Source of the DNA: Chthoniobacterales bacterium
GTDB taxonomy: Bacteria; Verrucomicrobiota; Verrucomicrobiia; Chthoniobacterales; UBA6821
Length of the DNA: 64,000 bases
NCBI GenBank assembly: GCA_036824855.1
Contig: DAISZK010000005.1
Location: forward strand, 2,775 to 66,774
Direction of reading: 5' to 3'
Shown: positions 35,182 to 43,672 of the stretch, in pieces
Numbering within the stretch: position 1 is the first letter of the stretch
Layout of the letters: every line of letters begins with the position of its first letter
Position numbers and translations under genes: made by a program
Notes under the pieces: generated by a model
Seen by the model: the letters and a program-made list of their open reading frames with translations, nothing else
What the model was told of the DNA's origin: nothing
The model's database searches: none

Positions 35182-36900
35182 TCAAAGACCACCATGCTTC
35201 CAAGTGGAGAGGGCAATACGTAGGCACATGTAGCCGCCCCAGCAGAGTCCGACCAAGCCGATCAACGGGATATGCCAGATTTTTGGTGGGATTCCGGAAT
35301 GGATCAGGAGAGCGGAGCAGATCAGGATGGAGGCAGCGACAATGGCATTCGCCAGGCGGTTCGCAATCGAGTCAAGAGTGACACGAAGGGGCTCGATCCC
35401 CTGGGCGTCGATCCGGTGCTGAAGAGGAATCGTCACGTCCCCACGCTTCATCCGGTTCCAGAGGACACGGAAGTCGCTCGGAAAAACCTCCAGGAAGTCT
35501 ACGGAAGCCGTTCCCAGCTTTTTTAGAAGTTCCAGCAGATGATCAGGCATATATTTCCCTGCAATGAGTTTCTCGGCGTAGGGACGGCCGAGTTCGATGA
35601 AATTCAGTCCGGGATTGAGAGAGCGACCCACCGCCTCCACCTGGGAGAGCGCCTTGATCCCGAGATAGAAACTTCCCTTCATCCGGAGACGGTGCGTCCT
35701 GAGAAGTTCGAGCAGGTTGTTCAGGACAAGGGAGAGATTGATCTCCGAGAGCGGCTTGTTCAGGTACTTGTCGCTAAAGTCTTCCACATCATGCAGCATC
35801 CGATCGAAATCCGCGACGTTCCCATCCTCGGACATATCGATCAGAGCAAGCATCACCTGCCTGTTGTCTTTCTCGCCAAGGCCTGCAATGAGTTGGGCCA
35901 GATTGGAGCGAAAACTTGGGGAGAAGGCACCCATCATCCCGTAGTCATAAAGCCCAAGGACCCCGCCGCAGGGGACATCCTTGGAGGGAATGATGGCCAT
36001 ATTGCCGGGATGGGGATCGCCATGGAAAAAACCATGGGTGAAGACCTGTTCGTAGATCAGGCCTGAGATACTCTCGGAAAGAACAACCGGATCGACTCCA
36101 TGGGCTCGCAACGCCTCGGTCTTGGTGACGGATTGACCCGCAACGAACTCCATGGTCAAGATCCGCTCACCGCTCAGCTCCCTGAAGAGCTTCGGCACCT
36201 TGATGGCAGGATTTCCACGGAACTGATCGGCGAACCGTTCCGCATTCCCCGCCTCGTGGGTGAAATCGAGTTCCTTAAGCAGTGTTTCAGCGAATTCCTT
36301 AACAACGGCAACGGGGTTCAGCGAGGCAAAGTCGGGAACGTGCTGTTCAAGGAACTTCGCCAGATCAACAAGGATGGAGAGATCCTGCTCGATGACAGGG
36401 CGGATGTCGGGACGCTGGACCTTCACGGCAACCATCACCCCATCCAGGGTCACGGCGCGATGGACCTGGGCAATGGAGGCACCGGCAAGGGGCTTCTCAT
36501 CAAACTCGAGGAAAGCCTCGCCCACGGTCCTTCCGATCTCACGGGCAAAGATCTCCTTGGCAAGACTCCCGGGAAAGGTCGGCACATTATCCTGAAGCTT
36601 GCAGAGCTCGTCATAATAGATGCCGTCAACGAGATCGCGGCGGGAACTCAGGATCTGTCCGAATTTTATGAATGTGGGCCCCAGTTCCTCGAGAGCGAGA
36701 CGCAGACGCTCCTGAGGAGGCTTGGATAGGAGACCCGTTGCATGGGTCTCGAGGACACCCTTCTCCCCACCCATGATCTGCTGCCAGGCCACCAGCTTCA
36801 GGACATCGGCAAACCCATACTTGAAGAGGATGGTGACGATCTCGTTGTAACGGGGCAACTGCGTGGCGAAGCCAACGGCGGAACGAATTTCAGTGATCAC
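35182..36900 (-). CDS. ubiB: UbiB/ABC1-family atypical kinase
   Basis: Motifs LGPTFIKFGQILSSRRDL, AGASIAQVHRA and HGDPHPGNM are present, plus two C-terminal TM helices. The start codon is GTG. Confidence 0.85.
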   Translation of the reverse strand: MITEIRSAVGFATQLPRYNEIVTILFKYGFADVLKLVAWQQIMGGEKGVLETHATGLLSKPPQERLRLALEELGPTFIKFGQILSSRRDLVDGIYYDELCKLQDNVPTFPGSLAKEIFAREIGRTVGEAFLEFDEKPLAGASIAQVHRAVTLDGVMVAVKVQRPDIRPVIEQDLSILVDLAKFLEQHVPDFASLNPVAVVKEFAETLLKELDFTHEAGNAERFADQFRGNPAIKVPKLFRELSGERILTMEFVAGQSVTKTEALRAHGVDPVVLSESISGLIYEQVFTHGFFHGDPHPGNMAIIPSKDVPCGGVLGLYDYGMMGAFSPSFRSNLAQLIAGLGEKDNRQVMLALIDMSEDGNVADFDRMLHDVEDFSDKYLNKPLSEINLSLVLNNLLELLRTHRLRMKGSFYLGIKALSQVEAVGRSLNPGLNFIELGRPYAEKLIAGKYMPDHLLELLKKLGTASVDFLEVFPSDFRVLWNRMKRGDVTIPLQHRIDAQGIEPLRVTLDSIANRLANAIVAASILICSALLIHSGIPPKIWHIPLIGLVGLCWGGYMCLRIALSTWKHGGL

Positions 36901-37034
36901 AGAAGGAAATCAAATCGTTCCACTTCAGCTATAGCAATACCATTCCCCATCCCTTCAACGAAGGGATTGAGTTTGCGGGCAGATCCCTCCATCGTCACAT
37001 CATTCTGAACTCAAGAGAGAGACGAGTCATTCCT

Positions 37035-38525
37035 GTGAGCCATTCGATCCATAAAGCCAACCGACTAAAGCTGACGGCGCTTATCGCAAGCCTCCTTGCG
37101 TTGGTTCCCCAAGTGCTTCGTGCGAGCGATGGCAATATCATGGATCCAATCCTGGGTCATCAGAAGGGATTCCCGCTGGCAGAACACAAAGGCGCCTTTG
37201 ACCCGAATCACTCCTACGAGCTCTCTTCTCTAATCGAGATTGGGCTGGCGAATAATCCGCAGACCCGCTCCGCATGGTTCAATGCCCTCGCAAGCAGCGC
37301 CCAGGTTGGTCAAGCCAAGGCCCCTTATTTTCCAAAGCTCTCCCTAAATGCTCAGGGAGGATATCAGAAAAGTTTTTACCAGATTAATGACGGCCCCATG
37401 GGGCTGAGACAGACAAGCCTAACTCCGGAACTCGATTTCGAGTATCTCCTTCTTGATTTCGGTCGCCGGGCAGCCGATGTGCGCCGTACCGTCGCCCTAC
37501 TCGATGCCGCGAATCTGGGATTTAGCAGAAACATCCAGAATACCGTCTTCGGTATCCAGCAGTCCTATTTCGCTCACACTGCCGCCCTCTCTCAGCGGGA
37601 TGCCGCTCGCGCAAATCTCGAACTGAGCAAAACCATCGTGGGAATGGTCGAAGCCCAAGTCACCAACGGTCTCGGCACAAAACCCGAACTCGATACGGCG
37701 AAGAAAACCTACAGCCAAGCAGAGTTTGACCTCGCTGCTGCCGAGCGGAATGTCGAGGTCACCTTGGGTAATCTGAGGGTGGCGGCCGGACTCCCGGCGA
37801 ATGCACCTCTCAAGGTCGTTACTGGAGAGGCCCGTGGCACAGACACCAACTCCACCGCCTCTACTGCAGCTACCTACGAAGCCCTCGGAGTCAAGGTCGA
37901 CACACTCATTGACAAGGCCATTCTGAAGCGTCCCGATCTCGCTGCCCGCCAGGCCGATGTCGCCGCAAGCAGGGCGGCCGTCGAGCGTGCCAAGGCGGAT
38001 TTCATGCCCAAGCTCTCCCTGAAGGGCGCCTACTCAAGCGAACCCTATGTCTACACGGCATCCCAGCCCTCACAAACAGGGACCTACTATGGAAACGCCC
38101 AAGGTTACTCCGGCTTCGCCGTCCTGAGTTGGGATCTCTTCGACGGCTTCCAGCGCGTGGAGAAGGTGAAACAACGACAGGCCGAGGAGTCGCAGGCACG
38201 CGCGAATGTCGAGTCAACCCACCTGCAAATTACCCAAGATGTCTGGATCGCCTACAACGACTTTCTCAAAGCAAAAAAGAGAGTCTCTTACGCCAGTTCC
38301 CAAGTCGTTTCTGCGGAAGAGAACTTCAAGTCAGCTCAGGCAGCCTTCACCAATCAACTCCTGAATATCACCGATCTGATTTCCAACCAGAGTGCTCTTG
38401 CCGCGGCTCGCTTCGATGAGGCGGGAGCACGAGCCGATTACCTCACAAGCCTCGCCTCCCTCTCCCTCGCCATGGGCCATTTTGATACTCCTGCTGGAAC
38501 GAAGATCCAACCTGCCAGATTGTAG
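37035..38525 (+). CDS. TolC-family outer-membrane efflux protein
   Basis: A signal peptide (LTALIASLLALVPQVLRA|SDG) is followed by two OEP-type repeats with long helical segments. The start codon is GTG. Confidence 0.8.
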   Translation: MSHSIHKANRLKLTALIASLLALVPQVLRASDGNIMDPILGHQKGFPLAEHKGAFDPNHSYELSSLIEIGLANNPQTRSAWFNALASSAQVGQAKAPYFPKLSLNAQGGYQKSFYQINDGPMGLRQTSLTPELDFEYLLLDFGRRAADVRRTVALLDAANLGFSRNIQNTVFGIQQSYFAHTAALSQRDAARANLELSKTIVGMVEAQVTNGLGTKPELDTAKKTYSQAEFDLAAAERNVEVTLGNLRVAAGLPANAPLKVVTGEARGTDTNSTASTAATYEALGVKVDTLIDKAILKRPDLAARQADVAASRAAVERAKADFMPKLSLKGAYSSEPYVYTASQPSQTGTYYGNAQGYSGFAVLSWDLFDGFQRVEKVKQRQAEESQARANVESTHLQITQDVWIAYNDFLKAKKRVSYASSQVVSAEENFKSAQAAFTNQLLNITDLISNQSALAAARFDEAGARADYLTSLASLSLAMGHFDTPAGTKIQPARL

Positions 38526-38645
38526 CTGGAGCAGTTGAAAGTCTCGGATGCACGGATCGTGAACTAACGACTTCTCGTTGGGGATACCGCGCAAATGTTC
38601 CAGTAAACAACTTGATCGGGGTAAAGGTCCATTTATGGATAAGTG

Positions 38646-39533
38646 ATGAACATCGTTATCCTGGAGCCAATCGGCATGAGTCTGGAAGAGTGCCAAAAGC
38701 AGCTTGCGGAACATCAAGTCACGGAAGTTGATTCCCGGAACTGGAAGGATGAGCAGGTCATTGAGGCGGCACAAGAGGCCGAAATCATTGCCATCACCAA
38801 TCGCCCTTTGCCCGCGACAATCATCGAGAACCTCCCGTTGCTGAAATTCATCTCTGTTGCCTTCACGGGAATTGATCTGATCGATGCAACCAGCGTCAGG
38901 GAACGAAAGATCGTGGTAAAGAATGCCTCCGGTTACGCCAAGACTGCGGTAGCCGAACTCGTGATCGGGCTCATGATCTCACTGGCACGCAACATCGTAA
39001 GCAATGCCAAGGAAATCAGTCATGGTGCCGTCACCAACACGGGTACGGAACTCAAAGGAAAGATCCTTGGGATTATCGGCCTGGGAGCGATTGGCACCGA
39101 AGTCGCGCGCTTGGCAACAGCCTTTGGGATGGAAGTCATTTCATATAACCGGGGCAGCGGCACTCCCTTGGATGAAATTTTCAACAAATCAGACTATGTC
39201 TCGATTCATGTTCCTCTTGTTGAGGAGACTCGCGGGCTGGTGAATCTGCAACGCCTTAAGCAGATGAAGCCGACCGCTTTCATCATCAACGCCGCAAGGG
39301 GACCAATCATTGAAAGTGATGCGCTCCAAGAGGCCCTGGAGCAGGGCATCATCGCAGGTGCGGCGGTCGATGTTTTCGATATGGAGCCACCTCTTCCGGA
39401 AAATTACCCCCTACTGACTGCCCCCAACCTGATCGCCACACCCCACATCGGCTTCAATACTAAAGAGGCAGTTACGGAAAAGGGATGGATTGCACTGCAA
39501 AATATTTTAGATTTTTTGAAACAAAATTCATGA
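38646..39533 (+). CDS. D-isomer-specific 2-hydroxyacid dehydrogenase family (PGDH-like)
   Basis: The NAD motif GIIGLGAIGTEVA is present, with catalytic-region motifs NAARGPII and TPHIGF. Confidence 0.85.
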   Translation: MNIVILEPIGMSLEECQKQLAEHQVTEVDSRNWKDEQVIEAAQEAEIIAITNRPLPATIIENLPLLKFISVAFTGIDLIDATSVRERKIVVKNASGYAKTAVAELVIGLMISLARNIVSNAKEISHGAVTNTGTELKGKILGIIGLGAIGTEVARLATAFGMEVISYNRGSGTPLDEIFNKSDYVSIHVPLVEETRGLVNLQRLKQMKPTAFIINAARGPIIESDALQEALEQGIIAGAAVDVFDMEPPLPENYPLLTAPNLIATPHIGFNTKEAVTEKGWIALQNILDFLKQNS

Positions 39534-39678
39534 AGGGCCTGTCTGGGAAAGTTTCCCTTGGGCGAACTTCTGAAAAGGCTAGAAAGATCGGATGGAGGGC
39601 AAGGCGTGCGAGTGAAGCCGTGGATATCCTACGGCCATCGAGCAAAAACGCAGGAATCCGCCGATATCCCAAGCCGCT

Positions 39679-40926
39679 CTAAACGGTGCCGAGGATCAGG
39701 CACGAGTTAATCCCTCCAAAACCAAACGAGTTGGAAAGAATCTTTCGTGGGCGAGCCTCCCTCCCCTTGTTGGGGATCACATCGAGCTGACACTCGGGAT
39801 CGGGTGTCTCGTAATGGAGGGTTGGAGGAAGATACCCCTCGGTCATCGCCAAACAGCAGATCACCGCTTCCAGAGCTCCCGTGGCTCCCAGGGGGTGGGC
39901 CGTGTAGGCCTTGGTTCCACTCACAGGTATCGATGCGCCACGGCTTCCAAAGATGGTGTGGATGCAATGAGCTTCATTGCTGTCATTGACCTTGGTCGAA
40001 CTACCGTGGGCATTGATATAGTCGATCTCCTCGGGATTGGTCCGAGCATCGGCAAGGGCATCCCGCATGGCCCTGATGGTTGGTTCACCGTTCGGATGCG
40101 GTGATGTCATGTGATAGGCATCGTTATTGTGCGAGAATCCCAGAATCTCAGCATAGATGCGTGCGCCGCGCGCCTTGGCATGCTCGTACTCCTCCACGAC
40201 AAGCGAAGCGGCCCCCTCCCCCATGACAAAGCCATCACGGTTGAGATCGAACGGTCTGCACGAAGCCGAGGGATCCGCCTCGCTCATGGTCCTGATGTTG
40301 GCGAAGGCCCCGTAGGTGAGTGGACTCAGCGGTGCCTCGGAAGCGCCTGCGACCATCACATCAGCGATACCGTCGCGGATGTAGCGGAGTGCTTCGCCGA
40401 GAGCCACGGTGCCGCTGGCACAGCTGTTGGAGTTCGTGGTACCGACTCCTTGGAAACCGCAGGTGATGGCGATATTGGAATGCGCAGACCCACCGAAAAC
40501 CTGAAGAGCTAAGAGTGGACTCACTGCCTTGAAGCCCCCCTTCACAAAGGCATCATGTTCTTTCTCAGCATTACAAATACCACCGAGAGCGGTTCCGAAG
40601 CTGACTCCACGACGGGGATCGGGAGACTCGGATGAATAAGAGAGTCCGCTATTCTCGAGAGCAAGCAAAGCACTGGCGACGGCAAACTGGGCATAACGGT
40701 CCAAGCGCCGAAGCATCTTGGGCGGAAAATAATTCAAGGAATCGAAATCATCAACCTGTCCGGCTGAACGGGCCTCTAACCCTCCGAGATCAAAGCGGGT
40801 CAGCGGGGCAATGCCGCTCTTCTCAGCAAGGATGCCTCGCCAGAAAGATTCCTTCCCGATTCCGATACAACTGATGGGGCCGATTCCCGTGATGACGGCG
40901 CGGCGGGTGGATCGAGTGGGATTCAT
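39679..40926 (-). CDS. Beta-ketoacyl synthase, FabF/KAS I-II-like (Cys-His-His type)
   Basis: The ATG at 40926 (MNPTRSTRRAVITGIGPIS) overlaps the SRPBCC stop as ATGA. Active-site contexts are NSCASGT, AYHMTSPHP and INAHGSSTK; the C-terminus is NSFGFGGINSCLIL. Confidence 0.88.
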   Translation of the reverse strand: MNPTRSTRRAVITGIGPISCIGIGKESFWRGILAEKSGIAPLTRFDLGGLEARSAGQVDDFDSLNYFPPKMLRRLDRYAQFAVASALLALENSGLSYSSESPDPRRGVSFGTALGGICNAEKEHDAFVKGGFKAVSPLLALQVFGGSAHSNIAITCGFQGVGTTNSNSCASGTVALGEALRYIRDGIADVMVAGASEAPLSPLTYGAFANIRTMSEADPSASCRPFDLNRDGFVMGEGAASLVVEEYEHAKARGARIYAEILGFSHNNDAYHMTSPHPNGEPTIRAMRDALADARTNPEEIDYINAHGSSTKVNDSNEAHCIHTIFGSRGASIPVSGTKAYTAHPLGATGALEAVICCLAMTEGYLPPTLHYETPDPECQLDVIPNKGREARPRKILSNSFGFGGINSCLILGTV

Positions 40927-41372
40927 TTCGTTACCTCCAGTAGTTTCTTGAAAGTAGCGAGCGTTCGAGGGGCCACCCAACCGATCATGAAATCACCAAT
41001 GATCGGGTTCGCGATCGGAGCAAGAAGTGGCCAGCGAAAATTCAGATCATGCTCGATCGTCACATGAACACCACCCTCACGCTGATCATAGATCCAGCGA
41101 ACCTCCATCCCCTTCGTGAAGGCGCTCAAATGTCGGAACCAAAGCTCTGGTTTTCCGGAGTCCTTGGCATCCCTGCGAAATTCAGAAGTCCATTTGATGG
41201 GGATGGAGCCGCGGAGTGCCGCCATCTCGACAATACCATGATCAGGACCACCCTCCACCCACCTTACCCATCGATAGTGCGGCAGATAGGCCGGCCATCT
41301 AATGAGGTCGGAAGTCATGGAGAATACTCGCTCCATCGGGGCCTTGATCAGGATAGAGGACTCGGTATGCAT
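40923..41372 (-). CDS. SRPBCC (polyketide cyclase/dehydrase, START-like) family protein
   Basis: The protein is 149 aa. The opening IKAPMERVFSMTSDLIRWPAYLPHYRWV is typical of the SRPBCC/Polyketide_cyc2 fold. Confidence 0.7.
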   Translation of the reverse strand: MHTESSILIKAPMERVFSMTSDLIRWPAYLPHYRWVRWVEGGPDHGIVEMAALRGSIPIKWTSEFRRDAKDSGKPELWFRHLSAFTKGMEVRWIYDQREGGVHVTIEHDLNFRWPLLAPIANPIIGDFMIGWVAPRTLATFKKLLEVTK

Positions 41373-41668
41373 TAAGACCTTTCCCCCTGTTTTTTTAGTG
41401 TCCTGATATAATGAAGTTTGGCAACTCCTCCCTCCTCACCCTTGATCGATTTAAGCACGAATCGCTGATCCTTGGTTAGGAATCCTTGGCTCAAATCGCC
41501 AATACCCGTCACTCGGGCATTTCCCTGAATCACGGGATGGATTCGGATAAAAACCTCCCGAGCTGCCTCCAGAGCAGTCATCGGATCAAATCCAGAGGGA
41601 GAGAGCACCCTCCCATCCACACTCATCGAAAAATCGAGCACCCGCTCCGTTGATCGGGACGATTTCAT
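41372..41668 (-). CDS. 98-aa hypothetical protein (no recognisable family)
   Basis: I chose the ATG at 41668 (MKSSRSTERVLDF...), 16 nt after the upstream stop. Its TAA overlaps the SRPBCC ATG as TAATG. There is no ACP-like DSL motif. Confidence 0.5.
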   Translation of the reverse strand: MKSSRSTERVLDFSMSVDGRVLSPSGFDPMTALEAAREVFIRIHPVIQGNARVTGIGDLSQGFLTKDQRFVLKSIKGEEGGVAKLHYIRTLKKQGERS

Positions 41669-41684
41669 GATCGGGTGATGGGAA

Positions 41685-42737
41685 TCAGGGCCGATTGCTT
41701 GAGGCCTCTTCATTTGCCTCGATCTGATGCTCCACCGCTCCCACCTGAGCCTCCATTTCACCGATCGAGACACTTCCGCCATCAGCAGGCTTATAAGTCA
41801 TGTAGACAATTCCCCCGATCAATCCCCACCCGACGCTCAAGGCAAATCCCGTGATCGAGATCAACACCGCAAGATCAACCGGCGTTCCGTAGAGGGAGTT
41901 GAGCATCACAGAGAACAAGCCCTCTCGGACTCCGATTCCGGCCAAACTAATCGGCAGGGAACTGATGGTGTTCACGATGGGGATAACCGAGGACATGGCG
42001 GCGGCACCGGGATTTCCGACAAAGGCATAGGCGGCGAAGATTGCCGTTCCGAAAATGAAGGCATTCAGTGGCATGGAGATCAGAACGGCCAAAACCACGG
42101 CTTTCCAATCCCGTGCATAGATGGAAAAAGCCCCAGCGACATCAAGGATCGCCGCATGGCCCGGCACCTTGGCGGGAAGTTTTTTTGCAAGATGAAACCG
42201 GTCGATGATGAGTCCCATGGCAATCAGACCAATGAATGCGCAAAAGATAATGGTAACAGTCAGGAGGAAGGCACGGATCATCGGGAGAGACATCAATGGT
42301 TTGTAAAACCAAGCGAAGACCCCGGCTGAGACGATGATCAACGCGAACATCCCTGCAATACGATCAACGATGATACTCAAAAACACAGCGCTTTTGGACT
42401 TGGGAGCCTCTCGCATGGCAAAGAAGACCTTGATCAGGTCGCCTCCCACTCCACCAGGAAGGCAGAGATTGAAAAACATTCCGATCATAACGAGTTGCCA
42501 AACGCGGAACCATCCCAAGGAGATTCCCTGTACCTTCATGAGAAGCTGCCAGCGGAATGCACCGCAAACGAGCACCAAGCCGAAACAGAGGAATCCAGGA
42601 ATCAGCCAAAGAAGATTTGCAGTATGCAGGGCCTGAACCATCTGGTGACGGCGCACTGGATCGTGAAAGAGCAACCAAAGGAGCAGGAGCGTCACGCCAG
42701 CCTGCACAAGCGTCATAATGGTTTTTTTAAGATTCAT
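41685..42737 (-). CDS. UPF0104 / lysylphosphatidylglycerol-synthase-TM-like (flippase-like) membrane protein
   Basis: The ATG at 42737 gives MNLKKTIMTLVQAGVTLLLLWLLF. The protein has about eight TM helices and the motif PGGVGGDLIKV, typical of PF03706-type proteins. It overlaps the upstream gene by 11 nt. Confidence 0.7.
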   Translation of the reverse strand: MNLKKTIMTLVQAGVTLLLLWLLFHDPVRRHQMVQALHTANLLWLIPGFLCFGLVLVCGAFRWQLLMKVQGISLGWFRVWQLVMIGMFFNLCLPGGVGGDLIKVFFAMREAPKSKSAVFLSIIVDRIAGMFALIIVSAGVFAWFYKPLMSLPMIRAFLLTVTIIFCAFIGLIAMGLIIDRFHLAKKLPAKVPGHAAILDVAGAFSIYARDWKAVVLAVLISMPLNAFIFGTAIFAAYAFVGNPGAAAMSSVIPIVNTISSLPISLAGIGVREGLFSVMLNSLYGTPVDLAVLISITGFALSVGWGLIGGIVYMTYKPADGGSVSIGEMEAQVGAVEHQIEANEEASSNRP

Positions 42738-43647
42738 TTGCGAAAAGTGTTTTCCATTTTGTAACAGCGACCTGAATCGCTTCGGGAGTCGCCCTAGAGG
42801 AGAGTTCCAGGACGTAAGAGAGAGATAATGGCAGAAGTGGAACAAGCTGGTCGAAGGGAATCTCTCCCTCGAACGGGATCAGATGATCCACATCAGGCCA
42901 CCGGGCATCTTGAAGATGAGCCCCCACGGCGAATGGAGCTATCTCCTCAAGCCACTGGGCATGATCAAGAAGACCAAGGCTCTCCCTCATCTGGGCATGG
43001 CCAAAGTCATGCCAGTAGCGGAGATGGGGGGTATCAAAGCGGCGGAGAAGAGCCAGAATCTCACGCTCTGTTGGGACGGCTTCAAAATCGCTACGGTTTT
43101 CCACGACCAAGGTCAGCTCTTTTTTGGAGGCCTCCTCCACCAGAGGTTCAAGTAACCGGCTTACCCGGTCCAAAGCGGCTGGGCCCTGACTCTCCCTTTT
43201 CTGGACGGCGGCAAGCTTCGTGCGGTTATATTCACGGCTAGCGACACCGTGGACCCTTAGGGAATTCAGCAGGGAATCGGTCATTCCACGCAATGGCGTG
43301 ATACGTCCCAAGTGAAGCACCACAAACCGCGCTCCGAACTCCATAGCGGTCTCCATGGTCTGACGGGTGAGCCTTACAGCACGCTCCTTCTCCCCGGATC
43401 GCTGGGAGGTGAACTCATAGCAATCGGGGTTATCCGTGAGAATCTCAACCGGCATCGGACAAAAATTATGAACGCTCGACACTTGAAACTCTCCCTGATC
43501 AAAAGCCCCCCGGATCCCGTGAAGTTGCGAGACAGAAAGGCCGTGCCCCAACTCGATCGTAGTGAATCCTAGCTCCAGAATCTCCTTAACAATCAAGGCG
43601 CCGTCATGATGACGGCTGGCATTCCAGTTAGTTGAGAAGGCAAGCAT
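42727..43647 (-). CDS. Xylose-isomerase-like TIM-barrel protein (sugar phosphate isomerase/epimerase family)
   Basis: The ATG at 43647 gives MLAFSTNWNASRHH. Motifs GFTTIELGHG, FVVLHLG, LVVENR and HDFGHA are characteristic of the AP_endonuc_2 fold. Confidence 0.75.
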   Translation of the reverse strand: MLAFSTNWNASRHHDGALIVKEILELGFTTIELGHGLSVSQLHGIRGAFDQGEFQVSSVHNFCPMPVEILTDNPDCYEFTSQRSGEKERAVRLTRQTMETAMEFGARFVVLHLGRITPLRGMTDSLLNSLRVHGVASREYNRTKLAAVQKRESQGPAALDRVSRLLEPLVEEASKKELTLVVENRSDFEAVPTEREILALLRRFDTPHLRYWHDFGHAQMRESLGLLDHAQWLEEIAPFAVGAHLQDARWPDVDHLIPFEGEIPFDQLVPLLPLSLSYVLELSSRATPEAIQVAVTKWKTLFANES

Positions 43648-43672
43648 GGTAGCTGAGATGGTACTGCACCCG

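Noticed and set aside
33718-38525. Considered the HlyD-family and TolC-family genes as the type I secretion apparatus for the giant RTX-like proteins.
   Set aside because: The HlyD-family gene is translationally coupled to DUF1656- and FUSC-like genes (AaeXAB-type efflux) and no T1SS ABC transporter is present. A shared TolC cannot be excluded, but it is not supported by the sequence.
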